A DNA stretch of 64,000 nucleotides from Alkalispirochaeta sp. Its GTDB lineage: Bacteria > Spirochaetota > Spirochaetia > DSM-27196 > Alkalispirochaetaceae. Location of the stretch: contig OZ271854.1 of the NCBI GenBank assembly GCA_965601925.1, positions 3,328,001-3,392,000 on the forward strand, written 5' to 3'. Both the position numbers and the translations under genes were made by a program. Positions 48,796 through 60,482 of this stretch are shown one piece after another (positions within the stretch are counted from its first letter, which is position 1; every line of letters begins with the position of its first letter). Under the pieces are notes generated by a model. It searched no databases, was not told the origin of the DNA, and worked only from the letters and a program-made list of their open reading frames with translations.

Positions 48796-50058
48796 ATGGT
48801 CAGTGTGATCGAGCATCAGAAGGTCGAACGACGTAAGCGTGTTCAGCGCAAACTCAAAGTCACTACGAGCGGCCCCTCCTCTCGACGACGCGTATCCGGT
48901 ATACGGCTGGTCGTATCACGCGCGCTCTCGAAGCGGATATCCGGCGGGCGTCACCCTTCGACAGTCTCGCGGACGATGCGCCCATCGACCACAGGTGTTA
49001 CGTCCGTCGTCCTTCGGCTCGCCCGTGCCGTAAAGCGACGCGCAGTCGAAGCGCTGGGACGAGGAGCCAAGCGCGTTGCTCTCCGTGGCGCCGGCATGCT
49101 CATGTTTGACGAGCGCGACGTGCCGCTCCACGGCGCCGCCCTCGCCTTCGCACTGATCGCCAATATGGTTCTCGTCTCCATGAACATCGATCGTGTGCTG
49201 CTCTCCGGAGCGGTGGCGACCGTTACGCTGCCGCCTCAGGGAGAGTTGATCGTCCGCTCGTCCTTGACGCCCCAACGGGACGAGTTTGCCGTTATCGGCG
49301 AGGTTGCCGGCGTCGATCCGTCGCGCTTCGCCGCGTTGGAGGTCGCCTCCTATACCGTGCAAGCCGACGATACGCTGGGAGAGATTGCGCTCCGGTACAA
49401 CCTCGAACTCGATACGCTTATCAGCTTTAACCAGATTGAGGACGTGCGGCGACTGCAGGTCGGCGATGTGTATCAGATTCCCAATCGCGACGGATTGCTC
49501 TACACCGTAAAGCGTGGCGACAGTGTCTCTTCGATCGCCTCGGAACACGGCACGACGGTAAACGAGATTCTCGACGTCAACGACCTTCCGACGCGCATGA
49601 TTACCGCCGGACAGGTACTCTTCGTGCCCGGTGCGCGGCTCAACTCGACCGAACTGCGAATCATCCTGGGCGAGTTGTTTGCCTGGCCGACGCGCGGCAG
49701 ATTCACCAGCGGTTTCGGTATGCGGGCCGATCCGTTCACCGGCCTGCCGCGATTTCACAACGGCATCGACCTCGCCAACCGCGTCGGCACGCCCATCCGG
49801 GCCGCCGCGTCGGGGCGGGTCGTGCACGTCGAGAGCCAAATCGGTAACTATGGGCGCTTCGTCATCGTGCGCCATCCCGACGGATTTCAGACGCTGTACG
49901 CGCATCTGAATGATTTCTCGGTACGTACCGGACAGTACGTAGAAAGGGGACAAACTGTGGGAACGATGGGGAATACGGGACGGAGCACCGGCCCGCATTT
50001 GCACTTCTCGGTGATTCACAACGGTACATTTGTAAACCCGTTGCGTTATCTACATTGA
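48796..50058 (+). CDS. LysM x2 plus M23 metallopeptidase domain protein (NlpD/MepM-like)
   Basis: Two LysM repeats (YTVQADDTL, YTVKRGDSV); HNGID, YAHL and STGPHLHF Zn motifs; start uncertain. Confidence 0.92.
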   Translation: MVSVIEHQKVERRKRVQRKLKVTTSGPSSRRRVSGIRLVVSRALSKRISGGRHPSTVSRTMRPSTTGVTSVVLRLARAVKRRAVEALGRGAKRVALRGAGMLMFDERDVPLHGAALAFALIANMVLVSMNIDRVLLSGAVATVTLPPQGELIVRSSLTPQRDEFAVIGEVAGVDPSRFAALEVASYTVQADDTLGEIALRYNLELDTLISFNQIEDVRRLQVGDVYQIPNRDGLLYTVKRGDSVSSIASEHGTTVNEILDVNDLPTRMITAGQVLFVPGARLNSTELRIILGELFAWPTRGRFTSGFGMRADPFTGLPRFHNGIDLANRVGTPIRAAASGRVVHVESQIGNYGRFVIVRHPDGFQTLYAHLNDFSVRTGQYVERGQTVGTMGNTGRSTGPHLHFSVIHNGTFVNPLRYLH

Positions 50059-50079
50059 TCATATTAGACTTTATTCATC

Positions 50080-50154
50080 ATGCGCAGATTGGTTATTGCC
50101 GTGGTAGTGCTGTTGGCTGTGTTTTCGTTTATTAACGCGTACGCACCCGTGTAG
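50080..50154 (+). CDS. Candidate 24-aa small membrane peptide
   Basis: MRRLVIAVVVLLAVFSFINAYAPV*; preceded by TTGCGT-18-TAGACT; below the ORF track size cutoff. Confidence 0.45.
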   Translation: MRRLVIAVVVLLAVFSFINAYAPV

Positions 50155-50187
50155 GCGTTCTTCACCCTGATATTTTTTAACGTTTCG

Positions 50188-52932
<2,745 letters not shown>

Positions 52933-52942
52933 AGGAACTTAC

Positions 52943-53000
52943 AGTATACCTCCCGCAAATCGGCGGTCAAGTTGACAGGTGGTCGAGGCGCGGCTACTAT
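52943..53000. promoter_or_regulatory. Back-to-back divergent sigma70 promoters (secA and lipoprotein)
   Basis: Minus: TTGACC (52970-52965), 16-nt spacer, TATACT (52948-52943). Plus: TTGACA (52972-52977), 17-nt spacer, TACTAT (52995-53000). Confidence 0.7.
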
Positions 53001-53008
53001 CGGCCCAC

Positions 53009-54253
53009 GTGGCCAGACGTAGCACGAGAGATTCCGTTTCTCGCTTCCCATCCGTATTGTCGGTTATCCTCATATTCGGTTTGACCACGGTTATCGCCGC
53101 GGGGTGCGCCGCGAATCGTTCTGCAGTTCTCGATCGAGAACCCCTTTTCGATCTCGAAATCGGCCGACTCGAAGATCAGCTCGACCTCATCAGTCGGGAG
53201 GGAATCATGCCGAGGGTCAGCACCTCGGTGGTGATGCGCGATGGAATCGTCTACATCGGCGACGGCGCCGCCAATAAAATCATGGAGTTCACCTCATTCG
53301 GTGATTTGGTGCAACTCATCTACCATCCCCAGGAGAACCCGCAGCCGGTGACCCTCGGAGACGACGGTGCGTCGGCCGCGGGAGGTGTGGTTACACGGAC
53401 CGCCGCGGAGTATCCCTTCAACCAGTTGGGGCGTATCGCCGTAGATTCTCGGCGCTTCGTCTACGCAGAGGATCGGTTATCGGCGGAGCGATCGGTGTTC
53501 GACGAGGAGTTGGGTGTCCAACTCAACCGGATCGTCTTGCGCTTCGACGACCGCGGTGAGGCGGTCGACTACATCGGCCAGGAGGGTATCGGTGGGACGC
53601 CGTTTCCCTTTATCGAGAGAGTTCAGATCACCGCTCGCGACGAGGTCGTAGTCGTTGCCAGTACCATGGATACCAAGTTCGTCTATTTGTACGATCCGTC
53701 CGGCGAGCTGATCTACACCGTGCGCGTCGGTCTGGATCGTCTCCCGATCCCGACCGAAGACGATGAGCTGATAACCGTGCTCGAGGAGTTGGTGGCGGGT
53801 GTCGATGCGTATCGTATCTATCTCAAGATATCCTACTATCGTACCGCGGTAGCCGAGGATACCGGCGAGGAGTACGGCATCAATTTCGACCATAGTCGCG
53901 TCTATTGGCTGGACCTGCAATCCGGACGATATACCGGATTCGTAGAGTTGCCGCGCGGCGCCGACGGGGGCGAAGGCGAACACCACGAGCTTATCGGCGT
54001 CGTCGACGGGGAGCATATCTTCCTCCTTTCCCGTCAAGATGCGGGCCAGACGAGACTCCTCATCATGAACGATGCGGGACGCGTCATTCGGCGCCGAACC
54101 CTCGCGATCTCGGAAACCGACCTCATAGCGCGGAGTTTCTCCCTTACCACCGACGGCGTATTGACGGCGCTCTTGGGATATCCGAGCTTCGCCCAGGTGG
54201 TATGGTGGCGCACCGATCGACTCCTTCCCACGGCGCGGTCCGACGATGGTTGA
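53009..54253 (+). CDS. Putative lipoprotein, beta-propeller-like (spirochaete LIC_12708-like family)
   Basis: Lipobox IAAGC; IMEFTSFGDL and YIGQEGIGGTPFP motifs. Start moved to GTG 53009 because the upstream GTG lies inside the promoter. Confidence 0.7.
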   Translation: MARRSTRDSVSRFPSVLSVILIFGLTTVIAAGCAANRSAVLDREPLFDLEIGRLEDQLDLISREGIMPRVSTSVVMRDGIVYIGDGAANKIMEFTSFGDLVQLIYHPQENPQPVTLGDDGASAAGGVVTRTAAEYPFNQLGRIAVDSRRFVYAEDRLSAERSVFDEELGVQLNRIVLRFDDRGEAVDYIGQEGIGGTPFPFIERVQITARDEVVVVASTMDTKFVYLYDPSGELIYTVRVGLDRLPIPTEDDELITVLEELVAGVDAYRIYLKISYYRTAVAEDTGEEYGINFDHSRVYWLDLQSGRYTGFVELPRGADGGEGEHHELIGVVDGEHIFLLSRQDAGQTRLLIMNDAGRVIRRRTLAISETDLIARSFSLTTDGVLTALLGYPSFAQVVWWRTDRLLPTARSDDG

Positions 54254-55868
54254 ACGCGATCGCCTCGTCCGTTCCGCGGAGATGGCCTCAATCGATCGCG
54301 CCGCACAGGAACGCTACGGTATTCCCGGCATCGTACTCATGGAGAATGCCGGGCGGAAGGCGTGGGACGTCCTGCGCGTCGAGATTGCCGAAACCTACCG
54401 TACCGACCGCGCCGGGGATAGTCGTTCGCCTCTTAGGATCGTATGTGTCGTGGGCGGTGGAAACAACGGCGGCGACGCGCTGGTTATGGCGCGACACTGC
54501 CTCATCGAGGAGGTCGCGAGTATAGCGTGCGTTACCACCACGCGCGAGCTCACCGGTATCGTCGCCGAACAATGGACCGTCGTCGAACGCCTCGGAGCGG
54601 AGCGGGTGGCGTGGGAGGATGATCCGCACCGGTGCATCGCCGCGCTTTCCGGAGCCGATTGGATCGTCGACGGCATAGCCGGGACGGGTCTCTCGGGGCC
54701 TTTGCGCCCCTCGTCGGTCTCGTTGGTTGAGGCGATACAAGCGTCCCGGGCACGGGTCGTTTCGGTGGACGTCCCCTCGGGCATGCGTGACGGAGGCGCC
54801 GGTGACGAAGTGACGGTGCGGGCGGACTTAACGATCGTAACCGGGTATGGAAAGGCGTGTCTCTACGAGGCGGCCCGGCGGCCGGCGGTCGGACGGGTTA
54901 CTCAGGTAGATCCCGGCTTCCCACCCGACCTGGTGCGCGATACGGCGCTCGTCTCGTCGCAAATCCGGTTGATAGACGACGGAACGACGCCCCGCGACGT
55001 GGGGCGGCCGGCGGTTCGCGCCCGCCTATCTTCGGCACCGCCCGATGCGCACAAAGGAACGAGGGGCAAGCTTGTCGTGGTGGGCGGAAGTTCGGGTGCC
55101 TCCGGAGCTCCGATCCTCTCCGCGCTTGCGGCATTCGGCGTCGGCGTCGGAATGGTGCGTCTCTGTACCTCCCCCGAGGGTGTCGCCGCGGCGCTCAGTC
55201 GGGAGCCGGGCATCATGGCGCGGGAGTTTGCCGCGGACGGTGAGGAGGACGACATCCTGCGATGGGCGGACGCCGCCGTTGTAGGACCCGGGTGGCTCGA
55301 GGTCGACGATCGTACCCTTGCGCGTTGGATCGACGGCGCGGCGGCTCGCGGCATTCCCCTGGTGATCGACGCCTCAGCCCTGATTCCCCTCGGTAACCGT
55401 CGAGGCCGGTCGTGGAAGGCGCTCATGGAGAGCGAGGGAGATATCGTCGTGACCCCGCATCTCGGAGAGTTCTCCTCTCTGGCCGACCGCGCGATTGAGG
55501 ATGTCCGTTCGGACGCCGTATCGATCCTGACGGAGTTTCCCCTTCGCCGAGGGATGACCGTGGTGCTCAAGGGATCGGTGACGATGGTGAGGTACGGTGA
55601 CGGAGAACTCCATGTGGTGGACGGGCGATGTCCCTCCCTCGGGGTCGCCGGGAGCGGCGACGTACTGGCCGGGGCGATAGGGGCGGTCGTCGCCCGATGC
55701 GCGGCGCAACGCGACTCCGCCGTCGGGCCTGCGGTGCGCGATGCGGTCTTACGACATCTCGATGCGGGGCGGGCTCTCGCGCGTCGCCGTCAATGGTTCT
55801 CCGCGTCGGAGCTTGCCGTCTCCCTCGGCGATACACCGTCGCACCGGAGAGGTACCGATGGGCAGTGA
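54246..55868 (+). CDS. nnr: Bifunctional NAD(P)H-hydrate epimerase/dehydratase (NnrE-NnrD)
   Basis: LMENAG, GGGNNGGD, DGIAGTG, VDVPSG, HKGTRG, TPHLGEF and AGSGDVLAG motifs. Confidence 0.95.
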   Translation: MVERDRLVRSAEMASIDRAAQERYGIPGIVLMENAGRKAWDVLRVEIAETYRTDRAGDSRSPLRIVCVVGGGNNGGDALVMARHCLIEEVASIACVTTTRELTGIVAEQWTVVERLGAERVAWEDDPHRCIAALSGADWIVDGIAGTGLSGPLRPSSVSLVEAIQASRARVVSVDVPSGMRDGGAGDEVTVRADLTIVTGYGKACLYEAARRPAVGRVTQVDPGFPPDLVRDTALVSSQIRLIDDGTTPRDVGRPAVRARLSSAPPDAHKGTRGKLVVVGGSSGASGAPILSALAAFGVGVGMVRLCTSPEGVAAALSREPGIMAREFAADGEEDDILRWADAAVVGPGWLEVDDRTLARWIDGAAARGIPLVIDASALIPLGNRRGRSWKALMESEGDIVVTPHLGEFSSLADRAIEDVRSDAVSILTEFPLRRGMTVVLKGSVTMVRYGDGELHVVDGRCPSLGVAGSGDVLAGAIGAVVARCAAQRDSAVGPAVRDAVLRHLDAGRALARRRQWFSASELAVSLGDTPSHRRGTDGQ

Positions 55869-56457
55869 CGAGCACGGTCCCGAGCGACCGACGCCATGGC
55901 GCGGCGCCGACGGTGAGCGCCTTACGTTCCACTACGATCGTGCGGAGCGGGAGGCGATGCGTCAGCGGATATGGGAGGCGCCGACCGGCAACTTTTTTCG
56001 CCGAAATCGCGGGCTCACCTTAACGCTCATCGATCTTGTGTTCGTAATCGCGCTGTTCGGTATATTCGTGTTCATACTGCGCCCGATGACCGGACGGGTA
56101 CGGATCGATCGTTATCGCGTGGAAGCGGAGGCGCTCCACTTCGACGGAGAGGTACTCGTCTCGGTCTCGGTAACGGATACGCGATACGGCAGGGGCGACG
56201 AAAGGGGGAGCGACAGCACTTCGAACGAACCGCCCGGGGGCGCGGAGAATCTGGTGACGGTGCGTGTTATCGATATGAGCGAAAGCGATCTCCTGCCGAC
56301 GCTCTCGCCGGTGCGCACGATTCGATTTCGACTCCCCGTCGAGGACGTTCCGATGTACGAGGACGACGAGGCGGCGCTTCTCATCCACGTGGAAATCGGT
56401 GAGGAAGAGCGATCGATACGCACTGCCATCGAGGGCGAGCCGCTTCCGGCGAAATGA
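55858..56457 (+). CDS. Hypothetical single-TM membrane protein
   Basis: ATG 55858 after a GAGG SD, overlapping the nnr stop; FHYDRAER motif, TM, beta-rich C-terminus. Confidence 0.7.
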   Translation: MGSDEHGPERPTPWRGADGERLTFHYDRAEREAMRQRIWEAPTGNFFRRNRGLTLTLIDLVFVIALFGIFVFILRPMTGRVRIDRYRVEAEALHFDGEVLVSVSVTDTRYGRGDERGSDSTSNEPPGGAENLVTVRVIDMSESDLLPTLSPVRTIRFRLPVEDVPMYEDDEAALLIHVEIGEEERSIRTAIEGEPLPAK

Positions 56458-56472
56458 CGACGAAACCCGAGA

Positions 56473-56501
56473 TTGACCTGGACGGGCGGATGCGACATAC
56501 T
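56473..56501 (+). promoter_or_regulatory. Sigma70-type promoter, probably leaderless
   Basis: TTGACC, 17-nt spacer, CATACT, 8 nt before ATG 56510; no SD. Confidence 0.6.
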
Positions 56502-56509
56502 ATTGCATC

Positions 56510-56923
56510 ATGTACCAGATCTACTTCCTGTCCGTCCTGACCAATATCATCGCAGGGATAGCACTGGCCTTTGATCGCATGGACGAACGCCTGCGTCTCC
56601 ACGCGGTGTTCAATCCCGAGCTCTTTCAGCACGCGGGATTTCGCCTGGCGATCGGGTTGATTACGTTCGTCGTCGGATTTCTCAAGCTTCTCTCGGTGAG
56701 TCCGGGTGACGCGGCGATCGTCGGTGATCTCGTTCCCGCCGTAACCGGCCTTCTGACCGGTTTTGCGTTGGCGTTTCAGTACTATCAGGAGCGGACCGAG
56801 GCACAGAGCAGCACCGTCCAATCCCTCGACAAGGTGTTCGGACGCCATAGCTCATCGTTGGGAATGGTCGCGTTGTTGGCCGGAGTGGTGCACTTCTTCC
56901 TACACCGTGTTCTCTTTCTCTAA
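56510..56923 (+). CDS. Hypothetical 4-TM membrane protein
   Basis: Four hydrophobic segments, GDLVPA motif, ends HFFLHRVLFL. Confidence 0.8.
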   Translation: MYQIYFLSVLTNIIAGIALAFDRMDERLRLHAVFNPELFQHAGFRLAIGLITFVVGFLKLLSVSPGDAAIVGDLVPAVTGLLTGFALAFQYYQERTEAQSSTVQSLDKVFGRHSSSLGMVALLAGVVHFFLHRVLFL

Positions 56924-56935
56924 TCGGCATTCTCG

Positions 56936-57343
56936 GTGACGTCCATACATCGCGGCGGACGCCTGGTGACCACCGCCGGTGTTGCCGAGCGCCACGGCAC
57001 CTACTTTCTCGCGCGCCGCAAGATCGGGGGAGCCCAATCGGGTCGGTGGGAGTTTCCGGGCGGAAAGTGCGACCAGGCGGACGGCCTCGAGGCGCGCTGC
57101 CTCAAGCGTGAGTTCCAAGAGGAGTTCGAGGTCGATATCAACGTGCATGAGGAGTTGGGTGCGGTCCCCTTCGATCACGGCGACGTGCGCTACCTCCTCG
57201 TTGCATTTCGCATTACATTTTTGACTGAGCCGACTACTCTGTTGGAACATACCGACGCCGGATGGTTTACACCCGTCGAGTTACGTGCCCTCCATCTGGC
57301 GGACTCCGATCGGACGCTCGTCGACACGGTGCTCCTTTTGTGA
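56936..57343 (+). CDS. NUDIX hydrolase (MutT/NudG-like)
   Basis: WEFPGGK..LKREFQEEF Nudix box; ends LADSD; start may be GTG 56966. Confidence 0.9.
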   Translation: MTSIHRGGRLVTTAGVAERHGTYFLARRKIGGAQSGRWEFPGGKCDQADGLEARCLKREFQEEFEVDINVHEELGAVPFDHGDVRYLLVAFRITFLTEPTTLLEHTDAGWFTPVELRALHLADSDRTLVDTVLLL

Positions 57344-57397
57344 CCTCCTGTATGTGCGGCCCCAACGTCTCGGCCTTCCCGCCGGTTGATCTCCTGC

Positions 57398-58198
57398 ATG
57401 TCCCCCTATCAACCATTTGAAGTTGAACTCGCAACCGGCATTGACGGACGGCGCGTCGAGTCGTGGACGATTCGCGCAGGCGTAGTTCTACGGCGCGGTA
57501 CGACCGGCAATCCCGCAGGCGTGTCCTTTCGGCCGGCGGGTTCTTTTGCTCCCCGCGAAGTTCTCTTGACACAGCGCCAAATTGCCGCAGTTCTCGGGCG
57601 CGAGCCCGAGGATTTTAGAGCGCTGCAGCAGGTGCACGGCGCGACGGTCGTACGAAGGCGACGCGACGAGTCGCCGGATCGTGCGTCTCCCGAGGCCGAC
57701 GCACAGTTCACCACCGATCCGGGTCTTGTGCTGTGTGCGAACGTTGCGGATTGCTGCCCGGTCGTCTTGTCGTGCGACGCGCCGGCGATGGTCGGCATCG
57801 CACACTCCGGGTGGCGCGGTACCGCCGAGAAGGTTGCCGTTGCGCTGGTACGGGCGATGGTCGAGGCGGGCTCTCCGATCGACGGGTTGCGGGCGTGGCT
57901 CGGTCCTTGCGCGGACGGAGACCGGTATGAGGTCGCCTTGGACGTCGCATCGCGCTTTGCTCCGTGGGACGACGCGATCGCGCCGCACCCCGACCGGCGC
58001 GATCGTGTTCTCTTGGACGTCGGGCGAGTAATCGCCGCGCAGCTCGCCGACGCCGGTGTGGGCCATATCGCCGTAAGCGCAGGCGGAACGATTTCACACA
58101 CGCGATACCATTCCCACAGGCGGGACGGCTTTGCGGCCGGTCGTATGCCGGCGTTCGTTACGATGGATGGGTCGCTCGATATCGTTGGACGCCGGTAG
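57398..58198 (+). CDS. pgeF: YfiH/PgeF family (laccase-domain) protein
   Basis: QVHG, VADCCPV, HSGWRG, GPC and SHRR motifs. Confidence 0.88.
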   Translation: MSPYQPFEVELATGIDGRRVESWTIRAGVVLRRGTTGNPAGVSFRPAGSFAPREVLLTQRQIAAVLGREPEDFRALQQVHGATVVRRRRDESPDRASPEADAQFTTDPGLVLCANVADCCPVVLSCDAPAMVGIAHSGWRGTAEKVAVALVRAMVEAGSPIDGLRAWLGPCADGDRYEVALDVASRFAPWDDAIAPHPDRRDRVLLDVGRVIAAQLADAGVGHIAVSAGGTISHTRYHSHRRDGFAAGRMPAFVTMDGSLDIVGRR

Positions 58199-58263
58199 GG
58201 GCTCTTCCGTACTTTATGTCTGATTTATACAACGATTCAGTACATGAAAGGGGACGAGGCAAC

Positions 58264-58827
58264 ATGGCAGATATCATTCCGGAAATCGCGACACGGCGGG
58301 CGCGACGAGCATATTCAACCCAACCGATCGACCGATCGATCTTGGAGCGACTCTTTTCCGCCGCGACGATGGCGCCGAGTTGTAACAACAAGCAGCCGTG
58401 GCGTTTTCTCATTTGCAACGACGATGCGGCACTTGAAAAGGCGCGCGAGGCGCTGGCCGGAGGAAACTACTGGGCCAAGGAGGCGGCGGCGTTGGTAGTC
58501 GTCACTACGCGCGACGAGTTTGATTGCCAAATCCCCGACGGACGCAATTATGCGCAGTTCGATACCGGTATGGCGGTGATGGGATTGTTACTCCAGGCGA
58601 CGCGGGAGGGGCTGTACGCCCATCCCATGGCGGGATTCGACCCGGCGACGCTCCGTAAGCACTTCGATATCGAGGATGAGACGCGGATCATCACGATGAT
58701 CGCCGTCGGCCATCCCGGTGACGGGACGAATCTCAATGAGAAACACACCGAGTCGGAGCGGTCGGACCGACAGCGCAAGGCACTCGATGAGGTCGTCCAA
58801 TGGAATGATTGGCGGCCGTTAGCGTAG
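58264..58827 (+). CDS. Nitroreductase family protein
   Basis: RRARRAY, APSCNNKQPWRF, FDTGMA, HPMAGFD and RQRK motifs. Confidence 0.92.
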   Translation: MADIIPEIATRRARRAYSTQPIDRSILERLFSAATMAPSCNNKQPWRFLICNDDAALEKAREALAGGNYWAKEAAALVVVTTRDEFDCQIPDGRNYAQFDTGMAVMGLLLQATREGLYAHPMAGFDPATLRKHFDIEDETRIITMIAVGHPGDGTNLNEKHTESERSDRQRKALDEVVQWNDWRPLA

Positions 58828-58841
58828 ACCGCGGACTGCGG

Positions 58842-58876
58842 GGCACGTACGGTATCGACGTCGATACCGGCGTGCC
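58842..58876. terminator. Palindromic hairpin between convergent genes (probable bidirectional terminator)
   Basis: Perfect 20-bp palindrome CGGTATCGACGTCGATACCG (58850-58869) flanked by GGCACG/CGTGCC; no U-tract. Confidence 0.55.
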
Positions 58877-60046
58877 TCATTGTGCGTGTGCGACCGTCCG
58901 CGGTTTAACGACACCCAGTCCCAAGCGTCGGGCCACCGCCTTGGCGTAGCCTGCGAGACCGGCGTGATCCTCGAGGCGTGTTTGTTCCCACACCGATAGG
59001 CAGGACAGATTCTCATCGCATTCGTCGCCGAGGGCGTGGGCGAGGTGCATCGCGTCATCGACGGCCTTGGCGGTTCCAGAGCCGATGTGCGGACGAACCA
59101 GACTCGCCGCGTCGCCTATGAGGACCGTGCGACCGAACACGAGTCGCGGCACGGTCAGATCCTCAACTTTTTGCACGAACGGCTCTTCCGACTTCATAAC
59201 GACCTCAGCGAAGGGTCCGCACAGATCGCGGGCAACCAACTCGTGCATCCGCGAGAGCGTCTCGGAGGTCATCACGCCGCGCGGAACGGTGCTACGGTGC
59301 ACATAGCCCTCGGTATCGGTCATGAGTGAGGTGAGTCGCTCTCCCGGCGACACATTTTGATACCAGACCCAGTTGATACGCCGCCGCCCCGGCCGGATGT
59401 CACCGTCGGACCGTGGAACTTCGTACAAAATGATCGTCGTTTCATCCCCGCTGTGTGTGCAGAGGCTATCGAGAAACAGTTCGACCGTTTCCGGCTCCAG
59501 CCGGTCCTCCTCCACCATACCGCGCCACGCCACGTACCCCGCGTACTGCGGCGCGGCACCGGGCAGCAGCAGCTGTCGCGCCCTCGATCCGATACCGTCG
59601 GCGCCGACGACGAGGTCGGCGGACAGGACCTCTCCCGTGTCGAGGACGACTTCGCCCCGTTCGCCCGACTCGGGAAGATCGACCATCGTGACGCCGCGTC
59701 GAATGCGACTCCCGTCGACGATCGTCTCCAACTCCCGCAAGAGAACGTCCCAAGAGGTGTAGGCGGCCGCGCTTTCCGGCATGCGAACGATCGAGCCGTC
59801 TCGATGGAAGATTTTGCGCGTTCGCGCCGGAATGCTGGCTACATTGGGCATCGCGACCCCGTGACGCTCGAGGTACTCGAGCATACGGGGCTGCACGACG
59901 ACACCGCCGCCGGTACGTAACCGTTCGGTCGATTTCTCGATGATCTGTACGGACCAACCGTTGCACTGGAGCCCGACCGCCGCGACGAGACCTGCGTATG
60001 ATGCGCCGATAATAATCGCATGCCCGTCCGATGATGGTGATTTCAT
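58877..60046 (-). CDS. FAD-dependent monooxygenase (2,6-dihydroxypyridine 3-hydroxylase-like fold)
   Basis: GASYAGL, GADGIGS, YAGYVAWRG, NWVWY and LIGDAA..RPHIGSG motifs. Confidence 0.88.
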   Translation of the reverse strand: MKSPSSDGHAIIIGASYAGLVAAVGLQCNGWSVQIIEKSTERLRTGGGVVVQPRMLEYLERHGVAMPNVASIPARTRKIFHRDGSIVRMPESAAAYTSWDVLLRELETIVDGSRIRRGVTMVDLPESGERGEVVLDTGEVLSADLVVGADGIGSRARQLLLPGAAPQYAGYVAWRGMVEEDRLEPETVELFLDSLCTHSGDETTIILYEVPRSDGDIRPGRRRINWVWYQNVSPGERLTSLMTDTEGYVHRSTVPRGVMTSETLSRMHELVARDLCGPFAEVVMKSEEPFVQKVEDLTVPRLVFGRTVLIGDAASLVRPHIGSGTAKAVDDAMHLAHALGDECDENLSCLSVWEQTRLEDHAGLAGYAKAVARRLGLGVVKPRTVAHAQ

Positions 60047-60140
60047 GCAAAAAAAATACGCGCCCTCGCGCGTGAGGTAAAGCGGCTTGCGACATAGAAG
60101 GGACCTTGCGGCCTCGGAGGAGGCGCGGTATGGTACTGTG

Positions 60141-60482
60141 GTGGCCGATCAGAACGACCTGCGCGAGGAACTTCTCCGTCATAGAGATACACTGGACGCC
60201 TTGGATCGACGGCTCGTCGAGATGCTGGGGGAACGCTTCGCGGTGACCGAACGCATCGGATTGATAAAAGCGCTTCTGGACCTGCCGTCCCTCGACTCGG
60301 AACGCGAGAGCGCGCAGCGTACGCGACTGCGGGATTTATCGATGCGCACCGGAGTCGACGCCGACTGCGTGCAAACGGTGTTTGAGACGGTGACCGCCGC
60401 CGTTAGACGCCGTCACGAGGAGATACGTTCCGCACTTGCTAACCGTTCTCCCGTTCAACCTCCGTCTCGTCCTCAGGATTGA
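60141..60482 (+). CDS. Chorismate mutase (AroQ, monofunctional)
   Basis: RDTLDALDRRLVEMLGERF..IGLIK..DSERE; start GTG 60141 downstream of TTGCGG-17-TATGGT. Confidence 0.85.
   Translation: MADQNDLREELLRHRDTLDALDRRLVEMLGERFAVTERIGLIKALLDLPSLDSERESAQRTRLRDLSMRTGVDADCVQTVFETVTAAVRRRHEEIRSALANRSPVQPPSRPQD

Noticed and set aside
60049..60056. A8 tract just upstream of the monooxygenase start as a phase-variation site
   Set aside because: Short, non-coding, and no evidence that its length affects a promoter.
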